From positions 1,736,001 through 1,800,000 of the forward strand of contig OZ037833.1 in assembly GCA_964035575.1 (NCBI GenBank): a stretch of 64,000 nucleotides of DNA, written 5' to 3'. Both the position numbers and the translations under genes were made by a program. The notes under the pieces were generated by a model. The model had not been told where the DNA came from and ran no database searches. It saw only the letters and a list, made by a program, of their open reading frames with translations. Of the stretch, positions 12,432-25,867 are shown piece by piece; the first letter of the stretch is position 1, and the number at the start of each line of letters is the position of its first letter. The stretch comes from Rhynchopus sp. YZ270_cl-10 (taxonomy: Eukaryota).

Positions 12432-13348
12432 AATCAAACGCTTTGTAAAATAACTGATGGGGCATTTTCCCCTCTCTCTGTGTGTTTGAATATTTTGTCG
12501 AAACAGTTGTTTTGCCACTTTCCACGCAATGTCCACATTTTATTTCTGGGCAATTCGGAAAAAAGGAAAAAAAAAAGGGAGGGGGAGAGGAAGGGGGGTG
12601 GGGGCAACTGCAAGAATGAATGCACACTAAAGCACACACATCGTTACCCACTATCGTTATCGTGCGGGGAACACGCTGGAAAAAATAAGAGAAAATTTGC
12701 GGGGGAAAAAATATAACAGCAAAAAAGAAAAACGTTTTTTTTTTTTTTTTAGATTTTTTTTTTGAATTTTGTTGGAATCCTCCGTATACTACCGCACAAA
12801 CGATTGATACCTTTTTTTTTGAATAAAAAATCACATCAAGCCCCTTGCTAATTTTTTCTCCTTTCAGCTGACGACAATGCTTGAAAAATGTGCCGAAAAA
12901 TTGTATGGGATGGTGTAAAGAAGAAAATAACAAATTTCGTTTTTTCTCCTTACCACCCCACTCCTTCTCAAGCTTGCCGAGCTAAAAGATCAGTATCAAA
13001 AGTCATGCAAAAATGAAGAGAAAAAAAAAAGGCAAAAAAAAGCAAAAAAAAGAAAATATGCCTTCCCGTGCACACACATCTTCAAAAAAAAGTGGGGCAT
13101 CGAAGACGCAAATAACTGGAACCTTCTGGTAGCCCAAGAGGGGGTGGGAATGTTCCAGGCATTGTAGTCTTCTTGCATATGAACAAATAGTCATTCCACA
13201 AGGAACTCGAGCATAAAAAGCAACGTAAAAAAAAAGAGGAGAAGTTGAAAGTGCAAACGCCTCACGGCGAACGCAGGGCACGAGGCCTCGTGGTAGATTG
13301 CAGGCACGTAAAAAAGGCATTTTTTTCTTGAAAAATCGATGACGTGTA

Positions 13349-14306
13349 GGGGTGGCATCAAAACAAAAAACGCGGACAATGTCCGCGTTTTTGGGGGGGG
13401 AGGGGGGGGGGTCTGAAATTCCAGAAAACGCGGACATTTTGGGGTTTTTTTTTCCTCGAAAATTTTTTTCTTCACCGGGGTTGTACACGATTTTGACCAA
13501 AATTTGTAAAAACTCGTCCATTTCGGCAAATTGACCCCACCACAGAACGGACGGATTCCGGAAATGCAAATGCCGGTGTTTTCGGGCAAAATAAAAAATA
13601 CAAGATGCCCGCGTTTTTTTGCAAAATGTACACGTATGGGGCCCTAAAACCCCTGCTACCATGTGCTTCTACAGGCAAACACTTGGACCCCTTTACATTA
13701 CACTGACGGGTTTTGACCAAAACCAAGAACTTGTCCATTTTGGCAAATTGACCCCACCACAGAACGGACGGATTCCGGAAATGCAAATGCCGGTGTTTTT
13801 GCGCATTTTCATGGTTTCGGCATCAGAGAGAGAAAATCTGGGTTGTGGGGTTTACCTTGTCCCCTTTACCTTACACTCATTTTGACCAAAACCAAGAACT
13901 TGGCCATTTCGGCAAATTGACCCCACCACAGTGCGGACAGATTCCGGAAATGCCAATCGCGGCATGTTTTGGGGCTGAAAAATTTTCACCAGAAAATTTT
14001 TTTCAGCAGCATTTTTTGGCCAAAAATGAGCCCCACGTATTAGTGACCGGGCTCATATTTTCAAAAATTTAAGTGGTCAAAAAATTGTCCAATTTTCGAA
14101 ATTGACCCCACCACTTTCTGGACGGATTCCGGAAATGCCAAAAAACTGTGTTTTGGGTCACGAATTTGCACCCCGTCACCCAAAAACCAGCAAAAAATAG
14201 GGGGAAAAAAAACAAAAAATGTCCGCGTTTTGGGGGGGGGAGGGGGGGGTCTGAAATTCCCCAAAAACGCGGACATTGTCCGCGTTTTTTGTTTTGATGC
14301 CACCCC
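13349..14306. mobile_element. Non-autonomous TIR element (MITE 3) with 48-bp TIR and four internal ~70-bp repeats
   Basis: GGGGTGGCATCAAAACAAAAAACGCGGACAATGTCCGCGTTTTTGGGG (13349-13396) is inverted at 14259-14306. GTA flanks both sides (possible 3-bp TSD). Exact ends are tentative. Confidence 0.8.
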
Positions 14307-14664
14307 GTAGACACCTCGCTTTTTTTCTCGTGTGAACTCCACGCATTTTTTTTTCTAAGCCCCACAGTGCTTCCTCTGTGCTTAGCGCACCTGCAAACAA
14401 AAAAGAAAAGAAAATAAAAAGGCCACGCAAAAAAAGCAAACAAAAAAATCAAAGCCACTCATGTTATCCATACCTCTATTTTGTACTTTTTTTTTCTTTC
14501 TTTCCCTGTTTATTGGCACATTTTGGTGTGTATTTTTTTTTCTTTTTATTTTTGAACACCGACCCACTCTCCCAGCTTCCCTCCCCCCCCTCATTGAGGT
14601 ATTCAATTCGGAACGGTTTATCGGAAGCGCATGCTTCACTGTTTTTGATCATGTCATTTTTCTA

Positions 14665-17600
14665 TCAGACTGCGCCGGTTAGCAGCAGGTCGGCAGCCTT
14701 TTGCGCATCGCCACCGCTCTGCTTGAGCGCCTTTATCGATTTGTCTCTGGTGAACCCCATCGATACAAAGCGGGTAATCTGTGAAAACAAAAATAGACGA
14801 AAGAAGAAAAACAAAAAATGAGAACCACAAAAAATTCTGGATTTTTTCGTCTCGTTGTAAAAAATTGGAAAGGAAGGACTTACCACGTCTTCTGAGGGTG
14901 CTGCAGACGCTGACGAGCGTGAGGATGATTGGGTGGATTGGCGGCTGTGTGTGCCCGCGGGGAGTTTAGAGGACGCGGCAGGAGCAGGGCTTTTGACGCC
15001 GAGGGCGGGCATAGGGCCTTTGGAGTAGGCACCACCTCTGGGTGGTCCAGGGGCAGGTGCCCTCTGTGTGGGTTGCTTCAGGCCAATGGCCGCAAAGCGC
15101 GCGACCACAGCCGGGTCGGGGTTCTTGCCCTTGCAAGTGGCAACACATTTGTAACCCGCGGAGCGCTGCTCCAGAGGACGGTCGGTTCTCCCACAAACAC
15201 AACACCACTTTACCTGATCTTCGGAGCCTCCACCGCTCGGTGCAGGCGGTGCAGGTGCGGCGATATGCGACGACGACGACGACGCAGGGCGGTGCGTCGA
15301 GCGGATGGTCACATCCTGGTTCGCGTACTTCCCGTGCAGGTGGCCCTCCAAATCGCGCTTGATGTCGTTCGCTGCCTGCTCCAGGGCCTGCATGTCTTTT
15401 TCTGTGGTGGGTGGAGGTGTTGGAGGGAAGAGGGGAAAGAGACATACTGAGCTCGGCCTCGTCCCGCCCGCCTGCCCCCATGAGCAGGTTGAGACGCTGG
15501 TTCACGACCCATTTGCTCTGTTGCTGCAGAAGCACTGCGGCAAGGCCGTCGCGCTCTTCGGTGGAGAAGCCCATGCGTGACATTTGCTCCTGATGGTGGT
15601 GGAGTGGTATGTGGAGTGGAGTGGGGTGGTGGGGTGACATACAGGTGTGAGTGCGTAAAGCTTTTCGCGCTCTGTGATGCCCTGCTTGATGAGCTCCTCC
15701 TGTGTGGTGGGGCGGAGCTTGGCCTGGTCAAAGAGGGCCTTGACGTTCAAAGGCAGTGCGCCTGCCACCAGCTGCTTCTGGATGTCGAGAAGGAAGCTCG
15801 TGCACTGCTGCTCGCTGCTTGCGTTCTCAACAATGTTGAGGATAACGGGGAGGTCGAAGTGGGGGAACAGGTTGCACATCTTCGTGAAGATCGCACCCTT
15901 CTGGTTGCCAAGGGTGGTTGCGTTGTTCTCCACCTCGCCACGCTCACGACGCTTCTTACCCTGTTCTGCGTCCTTCTTCATCTCCTCCTCACGCTGCTTC
16001 CGGCGTCTCTCCTCCTCTGCCTTGCGCTTCTTAAACTCACGTGCCCACTTGATCAGGAACGGGAAGCAGCGGGGCAAGAGACGGCGGATCTTCCTGTTCC
16101 TGTTGATCTCAAGTCCCTCGTTCACCTTGGCCTTGCTGAACACCTTGGTGTGTCCAATGTCGAAGTTCGGCTTCTTCGCAGACAACACCATGCACCAGAA
16201 GTCCGCAATCTCCCTGCACACAGCCTTCAGGTCGCCCTCTGCAGGGTGCTTCCCGGAAGGGTACTTCTTCTTCACACTCTTCGGCGCGATGATGCGGTAA
16301 CGCATCCAGAAGTCGTGGTGCAGCTGACGGACGGGGTATCCCGCACGCTTCATGATGATGGTCTCGATCACACCCGCACTGGTCAGCTGGGTCATGACGT
16401 ATCCGTTGTCAAGGAATCCAGGCTTGTTCTGGGGGTTCGGCTTCACGGTACGGATGAAGTGAGAGTCGGTGCTGTTCAGCTCGGTCTTGAGGGATTCGAG
16501 CTGCTGCTTGAACTTGGAGCTGACGGTGGGCTTCTTCTGTCCCTGCTTCTCCTCGATGATGGGTCCAAGAAGGCCGGCGACAAACTGGCACGTAGAGGCG
16601 TTGCATGCGTTACGCATGTCATCCTTCAGGGTGTCGGAGTTCTTCTCGAGCCATCCCTTCGTCATGTAGGTCACGCTTGCGGCGTAGTGGTTCACCCCAA
16701 AGCGGTCAGGAACGCTTGCCCTCGGCTTGATGAAGTACTTGTTGCTCCCGTGCGAACCCCATGTCTTCTCGGTGAACTGGTCGTCAGTTCCGAGACGGAA
16801 CGCGCATTCAGCGTCAAGCAGAGACATAACACCACCCTTGGACTGAAGCATGTCCAGGCAGGGCTGGTTGTCAGGGTAGTCAACAATGGGACACTTGATG
16901 CCCTCAGCCTCGCACTCCTCGCTGTCCATGATGAAGGTGTACTTGTTGTAATGGTTTTGCAGGGACTCGTTGGTGAAGTTGATGCAGAACTGCTCGAAGC
17001 TGTTCATTTTGAAGTTCTCAAAACCGAAGATATCGAGCAGACCAATGTAACGCACCTCCGGCGGCATCGTCTTCGGGTCAGGTGCGATGATCTTGTTCAG
17101 CTTGTTCACAAGCCAGTCGAACATGCCAGAGTACAGTGCTTTTGACACGGCATCACGCATGTCCATGGCTTCTGAGACGTCGGCCATCTGGGTCATGATC
17201 TTTGTCCTCGTCTTGATGAGAAGCGCCTCCTTGAACTTGTCGTTGTTCACCTTCAGCAGGTCGGACACAACCTTCACAACATCGGGGTTTGCGATCTTCG
17301 CCTTGCCAGTTCCGTCGTCATGAACGTAGTTCACGTTCTGCAGGTTCAGGATGGCACCCAGCACACGGAAGATACGGTCAACCTCCTCGTCGGTGATACC
17401 AGTGTCTCTGAACGCGTTCATCAGGTTCTTGAACTCCACGTTGTCGTCGGTCACACGTCCGTTCATCTCACGGATGAATTGGTTACCCTTGCTGAGGGAG
17501 GCATAGTGCTTGGCTTCGGTCAGGTTTCCGTACTTCTTCTTCTGCTCGGGGGTCATTCCTGCGAGGATCTCGTAGAACACGTGGTATCCACGCTCTCCCT

Positions 17601-18357
17601 CGTTCTGGGTCACGATACGCGACTTCTCCAGCAGGTAGTGAACCATCTCTGCGCCAATCAGGATGCCCGACCCTTTGTCGAAGAACAGCTTGATGTACTT
17701 ACCGAAACGCGACGAGTTGTCGTTTCTGCTTGTCTTGGCGTTACCGAAGGATTCCAGAATAGGGTTCGATGCCTTCAATCTCTTGTTCACTCCCTCGGCG
17801 AGCGACTTCTGGACATTGGTGCAGGAGTTGGCAGACGACATCATACCGAGGTAATCAATCATGGTCTTGGCGGTCTCGGTCTTACCGGCACCAGACTCTC
17901 CGGACACAAGGATGGACTGGTTCTTGCAGTCCATGACAACAATCTTCTTGTAGGCCTTGTGCGCGACCTCCCAGGTGTGCGGGCACTCCCACTTGCCCTC
18001 AGTGTGGGGCTTCATCCGGTCCATGTGGTTGTACTCCTTGGCCTGGAAAGGGTTGATGGAGATGATGATCTCACCCATGCGTGTGTACATCATGCCGGAC
18101 TGTTCGTACCGACCTTTCAAGCACCAGAGCAGGGTGGACTGGTGAAGATCTCCCATCTGGAAGAGGTCGTCGAAGGATTTATCGTACGAGCCTTCGGTGT
18201 GGCGGTGGATCTCGTCCGGCGTCATCTTGAACTCCTGCCCTTTATCCTCGATCTTCACAGCTTTGCTGGTGAACTCAACAATCGCACCAATGGACCACCC
18301 ATTCTCTGCGTTCTGGTAGAACACCTTCTCGCCAGGTCTGAAGATTTCTTTCGACAT
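14665..18357 (-). CDS. Unconventional myosin paralog A (motor, CUE-like region, C-terminal UBA), 4 exons
   Basis: P-loop GESGAGKT, switch I NDNSSRFGK, switch II DIFGFE. CUE-like MCNLFPHFD; UBA FVSMGFTRDKSIKALKQSGGDAQKAADLL. Exons 18357-15643, 15589-15448, 15401-14884 and 14778-14665, all GT-AG and frame-consistent. Confidence 0.9.
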
Positions 18358-21063
18358 TTTCTTTTTTTTCTCCCTCTCCCTCTCTCTCTCTCTTCACTTA
18401 GTGTACTGGTTGCTGTTGGGGGTGGTGGTGTGGTTTGGGGGGGGATGGAGTATCATACAACCCCCTCGCATTCGCATCGCAAAAAAACAATTTGAAATCC
18501 AACAGCCCTCTCGTGAACAGTGCACATTGTTGGGGAGGACCCCAACCCATGCAGTCCTACATCCATTTCGAGGTGGACATCTGATATACCCGACCACTTC
18601 CTCTCATCAGTCAGATGAACGGGAATCCTTTGGAAACCAACACGAAGACGATGTGCAGCTGTTGAACCATCTGAGGTGGGGGAAGCAAAACGATATCGGC
18701 TATTTTTTGTTTTTTGTTTTTTTATTCCCAAAACACTTCGGGGGGTTTTTTTATTTTTGTCCTTTTCCTTTGGAAGGGGACTCTGCTTTTGTTGGAATGT
18801 CGTGGGGAGGGGGGGAGGGGGGGTACGGAGCTTTCTCTCCTTTTTGCCTCTGGCTTTTTCTCCCCCAAAAAAAAAAAAAAATCAATAAAAAAAAAGGTTT
18901 TTTTTTTTTAAATAAGGCGTACAAAACAAAGCAATATATCATCAAAAGAGGGGGGGGTCGGACACTTCACCTAATCTGTCCACTCCATCCGCTGTTGGCG
19001 TTGAGCAAAAAAAAATTGGATATATTTTTATTGAAACCTTTTTGATTACGTTCGTTTCTTCTTTTTTTAAAAGCCCAGGCGTGTTTTCTTTTTTTTTAAT
19101 TTTCCTCCCACTCCCATATGTTGCTGTGTTGTAGGTTTTGTGGTCTCTCAGCAAAAAAAAAAAAAAGTAATGAAGTAAAAGACTCAAAAGGTTATTGCCC
19201 TCTTGTTACACTATATTCCTATTGTATCCGAGCGACTTCCCTCAATTTCAAATCTCTCTCTTTGTCCCATATTGTTACCCTTTTTTTGTTTTTTTTTTTG
19301 CTTTTTTATTTGTTTTTTTTTGCCAAGAAACACACTGCTATCTTTTTCGTATGTTGGTATACACACGACGAAAGAAGCCAAACAGACAAGGGAGAACGAG
19401 ATGAATTTTTATCTCATTTTTTTTATAGCATAGAATCACCAGTCAGACTGGTGCTGTACTATTTTTTTTACTGCTTGTAGGGGGGAGGGAGTGTGGGGGA
19501 GGGAAAGGGGAGGCAAAAAAAGTGTTGACAAAACAACATTTTATTTCATTTGTGGTAAACGAAAAAAATATTGTCAAGTCTCCTCCTGGGGGGGGGGGGG
19601 GAAATGTTTTTTATGTGGGTCCTTTCTGTCAGGATTTTTTTTTTGTTTTTGTTACAAATGTATCAAGATAAGATCAATTGTCATGTTTTTTGTTGTCTTG
19701 ACAATCACCCACCAAGGTGGGTTCATGCGTTCAACATTTTTTTTTTTGAAAATTTTTTTAGAAAGGCAAAAAAAAGAGAAAAAAATAGTACCCAATAAGA
19801 GTACTAAGTCAGTGTTGCCTGGAAATTCCAGCGGAAAGACAGGGAGGCCCTGCTATTTTGTTTTTCTTTGAGTGGACGTCATTGGGAAAAAAAAGTTGAA
19901 TCCACAACCTAGTTTTAAAAAAAAATGTGGGGGTCTGAATAATGTGAACACCTTGTATAGATGCCACATTAAAACAGTAAAATTTGATGCGTGAGCCTCT
20001 CACTTATGAGCTTTGAACACACACACACAACCAAAAAAAAAAAAAGAAAATAAAAAAAGGATACATGGGTGATGGGTAATGGGGGAAGAAGGTGGCCAAA
20101 AAAATAGGGGGAAAACACCAGAAAACAAAGTCTCAAAAATAGGAATAATAAGAAACAGAAGACATAGATTCCCGTTTTTTGCCCCCCCTCATCTCTCCAT
20201 ATGCGATTCAATAAAGAGGATTTGTTACTAAAAAAAAGATGGTCACCATCCGTTCGACTAAAAAACCGAGTGGAAAAAAAAAAAACCATTACAGTTTGTT
20301 AAAGGGGTGGTTCCATGACGAAATGCTGGGTACTCTTTTTTTATTGAACAAAAAAAAAAATAATCATGAATGCGTGAGTTCTGGGAAAAAAAAAACAGAC
20401 TTTTCCTAGTGTAAGAGAGAGGGGGTTTGAAAAAACGATAGGCTGTGTTTCTATCTTTTATTCCCTTTGCTTGTCAAGACACTGGCGTAAAAAAGAGAAT
20501 TTGGCCTCAACGAACAGAGAATAAAACATCAAAAAAAGCAAAAACACAGTCAAAAAAATGAAAGGAAAATAAAAGGAACGAAGCAATGGCTAAAATCAGG
20601 AAGGGGAAAGTTGGGGGGGAGTGGGGCAAATCGTGACACGTAAAAAAAAAAAAAATACCCTTTTTTTTTTTATTCGAACGTTTGCTATGTGTTTTTTTTG
20701 TTAACAGGGACCCCCCTGCCTCAAAAAAAAAATGGAAAAAAAAATAACCCCACCCAACCATCTTTCTTCGTCCCCTTTAAAAAAAAAAAAAACTTTAACT
20801 CCATTTGTCTTTCCCCTTCATAAAGGGGGCAATTCTTTTGAACAAAATCAACGCAATTCGCAAATAAAAAAAAAAACAAAAACAATTCTTTTTCGGAACT
20901 TGGAACTTATCCCTTCCCCACCAACATTAGTTTTTCTCCCTCCTCACCAATGTTTGAAGACTCGCATAGTCCCCCCCTTTCTCCTCCTTTAGCGTTTTGA
21001 GACGTAGGTTTCAAAATTGCCTAGAGAAGAAGATGATGAAGGAGGAGGATCTGGGTGTGCAGC

Positions 21064-24000
21064 TTAGGCCGTGGCTCCAGCGTTGAGGAAGAGGTCGCAG
21101 GCCTTAAGGGGGTCGTTGTGGGCTCTCTTCATGACCTTGAGCACCTTGTCACGGCCGTATCCCATCGACACGAAACGCGCAACCTGGAAAAGAAGAAAGA
21201 ACAATGTGTACCAATTTTGTATCATGATAATAAAAAACCTAAGCCTCTCTTGCTTAGTCAATCTTTTGGTATTCTTAGCACAGAGTATGAGCTCTATAAA
21301 AGGGTTGTCAGGTATACCCCAGAATTAAAGAGATACCGTTGAGCCTCAGACTCTTTTTGGTTTTTTGTAGTATCGACAATGTCCGACCACAAAGTCGCCA
21401 GAAGGCTAATGAAATTTCAAAGGTTACAGATGCATTATGAAATTCCCCCCCCTTTTTTTTTTGAATAATTGCTGCGTGTTTAGAGCTCCACGCATTTTTT
21501 TTTGATGTCACCAAAACTAAACGACAGTATGGCAGTGTCCCTTTGATAGGAGCCAAAAAAAAAATGCTCCCCTTGTTGCATACCTGCTCCTCCGGCGGGG
21601 GTGCCACCTTACGGGTCGAGCGCATGGAGATGTCCTGGCCGACGAACTTTCCGGCCATGTGTCCCTCAACGTCACGCTGGATCTCCTGCGCGGCCTTGTC
21701 GAGGATGTCAAGGTCTCCCCCTGTGGGTGTGGTGCGGTGTGGTGTACGTAGGACAGCATAGAGAGAGGTGATTACGTAGCAGTACATAGGGGAAGGGGGA
21801 CAGCCTTTGACAAGCGTTGATAGGCAGTATCAAGGAAGTTGCAGGGTGTTTGATTGGGGGGGATCTCGTAGAAAATGTGGAAATGAAACGATGATCGAGA
21901 ATTTTGTCTCCTTCCGATTCCACCCCGTGGAGTATGTCGTGTGTTGTGTGTTTTGCCATACTGATGTGCTCGTCGTCACGGTCGCCAAGACCCATGAGCA
22001 GGTTCAGACGCTGGTTGATGACCCACTGCGACTGCTGGTGGAGCAGGACGGAGGCAAGGTTGTCACGGTCGACGTCCGAGAACTTCATCTTGCGCATTTG
22101 GTCCTGTGGGGTAAAAGGTGGTGGTGGTGGTGGAATGGGTGCTTGATTCATACCATGCGGAGGGTGTACAGCTTGTCGCGTGTGTCGAAGCCCTCCTTGG
22201 TGAGCAGGTCGCGTGTGGATGTGCTCAGCTTCGCCTCGTCGTAGATCTTCTTGAGGTTCAGGGGCAGGTTGTCAGCAACGTGCTGCTTCTGGATCTCGAG
22301 GAGGAAGCGCTGGCAGTCCTGCTCGGTCTCGGTGTTCTCAACAATGTTGAGGATGATGGCCAGGTCGAAGTGGGGGAACAGGTTGCACATCTTGCTGAAG
22401 GTGGCTCCCTTCTCCGGTCCCAGCGAGTCCTCAGTGCAGACACCGATGGCACCACCGCTCTTACCCTTCTTAATGGCCTCCGGGCGGGGCTTCTGTGCCG
22501 CCAGCCTCTGTGCCTCCTGCTTCTCCTCCTTCAGGATAGCCTCACGCTCCTTCCTCTCCTTGAAGTCGATCAGCCACTTGATCAGGAACGGGTAGCAGCG
22601 GGGCAAGAGACGGCGGATCTTCCTGTTACGGCAGATCTCAAGTCCCTCGTTCACCTTGGCCTTGCTGAACACCTTGGTGTGTCCAATGTCGTAGTTAGGC
22701 TTGGGTGCGTGGAGGACCATGCACCAGAACTCGGCGATCTTTCCACACACCTCCTTGATCTCGGAGTCGGACGGGTGAGTACCGGCAGGGAACCTGTCCT
22801 TAATCTCCTTCGGCGCGATGATGCGGTAACGCAGCCAGAAGTCACGGTGGATCTGACGGACGGGGTATCCCGCACGCTTCATGATGATGGTCTCGATCAC
22901 ACCCGCACTGGTCAGCTGGGTCATGACGTATCCGTTGTCAAGGAATCCAGGCTTGTTCTGGGGGTTCGGCTTCACGGTACGGATGAAGTGAGAGTCGGTG
23001 CTGTTCAGCTCGGTCTTGAGCTCCTCAAGCTGCTGCCTGAACTTGGAGCTGACGGTGGGCTTCTTCTGTCCCTGCTTCTCCTCGATGATGGGTCCAAGAA
23101 GGCCGGCGACGAACGGGCATCCAGAGCCGTTGCATGCGTTACGCATGTCATCCTTCAGGGTGTCGGAGTTCTTCTCGAGCCATCCCTGGGTCATGTACGT
23201 CACGCTTGCGGCGTAGTGGTTCACCCCAAAGCGGTCAGTGACACTGCCTCTCGGCTTGACGAAGTACTTCGAGTCTCCGTGGGTGTCCCATGCCTTCTGG
23301 GTGAACTGACCGTCAGTTCCGAGACGGAACGCGCACTCAGCGTCAAGCTGGGGCATAACACCACCCTTGGACTGAAGCATGTCCAGGCAGGGCTGGTTGT
23401 CAGGGTACTCGACGATGGGACACTTGATGCCCTCAGCCTCGCACTCCTCGCTGTCCATGATGAAGGTGTACTTGTTGTAATGGTTTTGCAGGGACTCGTT
23501 GGTGTAGTTGATGCAGAACTGCTCGAAGCTGTTGATCTTGAAGTTCTCGAATCCGAAGATATCGAGCAGACCAATGTAACGCACGTCCCTCGGCATGTTC
23601 TTGGAGTCAGGTGCGATGATGACGTTCAGCTTGCCCACAAGCCAGTCGAACACTCCAGAGTACAGACCCTTCGACACGGCATCACGCATGTCGTTCGCCT
23701 CGGTGACATCGGCCATCTGGGTCATGATGTTCGTGCGCGTCTTGACGAGAAGTCCCTCGACGAACTTGTCGTAGTCCACCTTCAGCAGGTCTGCCACAAC
23801 ATGCACGAGATCGGGGTTTGCGATCTTCGCCTTGCCAGACGACTCGTCGGTCTCGTAGTTCACGTTCTGCAGGTTCAGGATGGCACCCAGCACACGGAAG
23901 ATACGGTCAACCTCCTCGTCGGTGATACCAGTGTCTCTGAACGCGTTCATCAGGTTCTTGAACTCTCCGTCGTCCTGGGTCACACGTCCGTTCATCTCAC

Positions 24001-24883
24001 GGAGGTACTGGTTACCCTTGTTCAGGGAGTTGTAGTCCTTGGCCTCGGTCAGGTTTCCGTACTTCTTCTTCTGCTCGGGGGTCATTCCTGCGAGGATCTC
24101 GTAGAACACGTGGTATCCACGCTCTCCCTCGTTCTGGGTCACGATACGCGACTTCTCCAGCAGGTAGTGAACCATCTGGGCACCGATCAGGATACCAGAG
24201 TCCTTGTCGAAGAACAGCTTGATGTACTTACCGAAACGCGACGAGTTGTCGTTACGCATCGTCTTGGCGTTACCGAAGGATTCCAGAATAGGGTTCGATG
24301 CCTTCAATCTCTTGTTCACTCCCTCGGCGAGCGACTTCTGGACGCTGGTGCAGGAGTTGGCGGTGGACATCTTACCGAGGTAGTCGATCAGGGTCTTGGC
24401 GGTCTCGGTCTTACCGGCACCAGACTCTCCGGACACAAGGATGGACTGGTTGCGACGGTCCATGATGATGATCTTCTTGTAGGCCTTGTGCGCGACCTCC
24501 CAGGTGTGCGGGCACTCCCACTTGCCCTCAGTGTGGGGCTGCATGCGGTCCATGTGGTTGTACTCCTTGGCCTGGAAAGGGTTGATGGAGATGATGATCT
24601 CACCCATGCGTGTGTACATCATGCCGGACTCCTCGTACCTGCCCTTCAGGCAGTACAGCAGGGTGGACTGGTGAAGATCTCCCATCTGGAAGAGGTCGTC
24701 GTAGGACTTGTCGTAGGCTCCATCGGTGTGGTTGTGCACGTTGTCCTTCAGCACCTTGTGCTCCTTGCCGTTGTCCTCGACAACGACCTTATCACCGTAC
24801 GTCACAAGAGTTCCGACTGCCCATCCTGTCTCAGCGTTCAGGTAAAAGATCTTATTACCCGGTCTGTAGATTTCATTCGACAT
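21064..24883 (-). CDS. Unconventional myosin paralog B (same architecture), 4 exons
   Basis: Same motor motifs as paralog A. Exons 24883-22154, 22103-21962 (142 nt, same as paralog A exon 2), 21720-21584 and 21183-21064 (UBA VARFVSMGYGRDKVLKVMKRAHNDPLKACDLF). Confidence 0.9.
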
Positions 24884-25102
24884 TTTTAGGGGATGTTCCT
24901 TTTCCTGTTTCTGTTGGGGGTGTGGTGTTTTGATGGGTAAGGGGGAGAGTCATTCACAGAGGAAAAGAGACAGGGTGTGGGTGGGGGTGGGGGTGGGGTG
25001 GGCACTTTGTTTTTTATTCCTCGGCCGGTCCTATGATAAAACCGCACCCCATTTTTTTTAGCCTCCCAGTTTCATCTTCGCTTCATGATTTCGGACGTTG
25101 TT

Positions 25103-25669
25103 CTATTCCTCGTCGTCACCTCCACCTCCGCCTCCAGACTTCCTGGAGCGCTTGACACGGCCAGGTCCTCCAGATCCGAGGGAAGAGTTGGGCGCAAGGT
25201 CGATGTGCTTCTCGGAGTCGGTACGCACCCAGAAGGAGGGCACGGTGACCATCTGCTTACCGACGCAGATGTGACGCTGACGGATCAGGACACGTGCGTG
25301 GTGGATGGACTTGGCCAGACCGTGCTTGTACACGAGGGTCTGGAGGCGGCGCTCCAAGAAGTCCTGGAGGGTGAGTCCAAGCACGTAGTCAAGCTTCATG
25401 TGCTCGGTGTCCAGAAGGCCGTAACGGTTGCAGCGGCGGAGAAGGGCACCTCCCTCGAGGACACGGCGCTCAGAGTCGGCGTCAAGGGTCAGCAGACCAC
25501 GCGCACACTTGCGCATCTTCGCCAGGGTGAGTGCCACACGCCACACCTCACGCTTGCAACGAAGCCCGTAGTCACCAACAAGCTTCAGCTCCTTGTCCAG
25601 CCTCTCCTTCTCGAATGGACGACGGGGGTTCTTGTAGACCTTCCCGAACTCACGGTATTTACGGACCAT
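25103..25669 (-). CDS. RPS9: 40S ribosomal protein S9 (uS4), copy 2
   Basis: [55 protein letters not shown]. Confidence 0.97.
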   Translation of the reverse strand: MVRKYREFGKVYKNPRRPFEKERLDKELKLVGDYGLRCKREVWRVALTLAKMRKCARGLLTLDADSERRVLEGGALLRRCNRYGLLDTEHMKLDYVLGLTLQDFLERRLQTLVYKHGLAKSIHHARVLIRQRHICVGKQMVTVPSFWVRTDSEKHIDLAPNSSLGSGGPGRVKRSRKSGGGGGGDDEE

Positions 25670-25867
25670 TGTTTTGTCTTATTGAGGGATGTCTCTGTAA
25701 GAGTGTTTTGAAGTAAACGGTGAGGACTGGGTGAGAACACAACGGGCGTATGGGGGAGTGTGTCTTTTTTTTTTTGCTTTTGCATTTTTTTTTTTTTTTT
25801 TTTTGTCGATTTTTTGTTTATTTTTCAGTGATTTTCAGGCATTTATTTGTGTCTTTTGGCGCAACGT

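Noticed and set aside
15577..24889. Long plus-strand ORFs (e.g. 22118-24889, 15577-17145, 17320-18495; also 9228-10346, 31076-32608, 53888-55447)
   Set aside because: Antisense shadows of codon-biased minus-strand genes, with no recognisable motifs.
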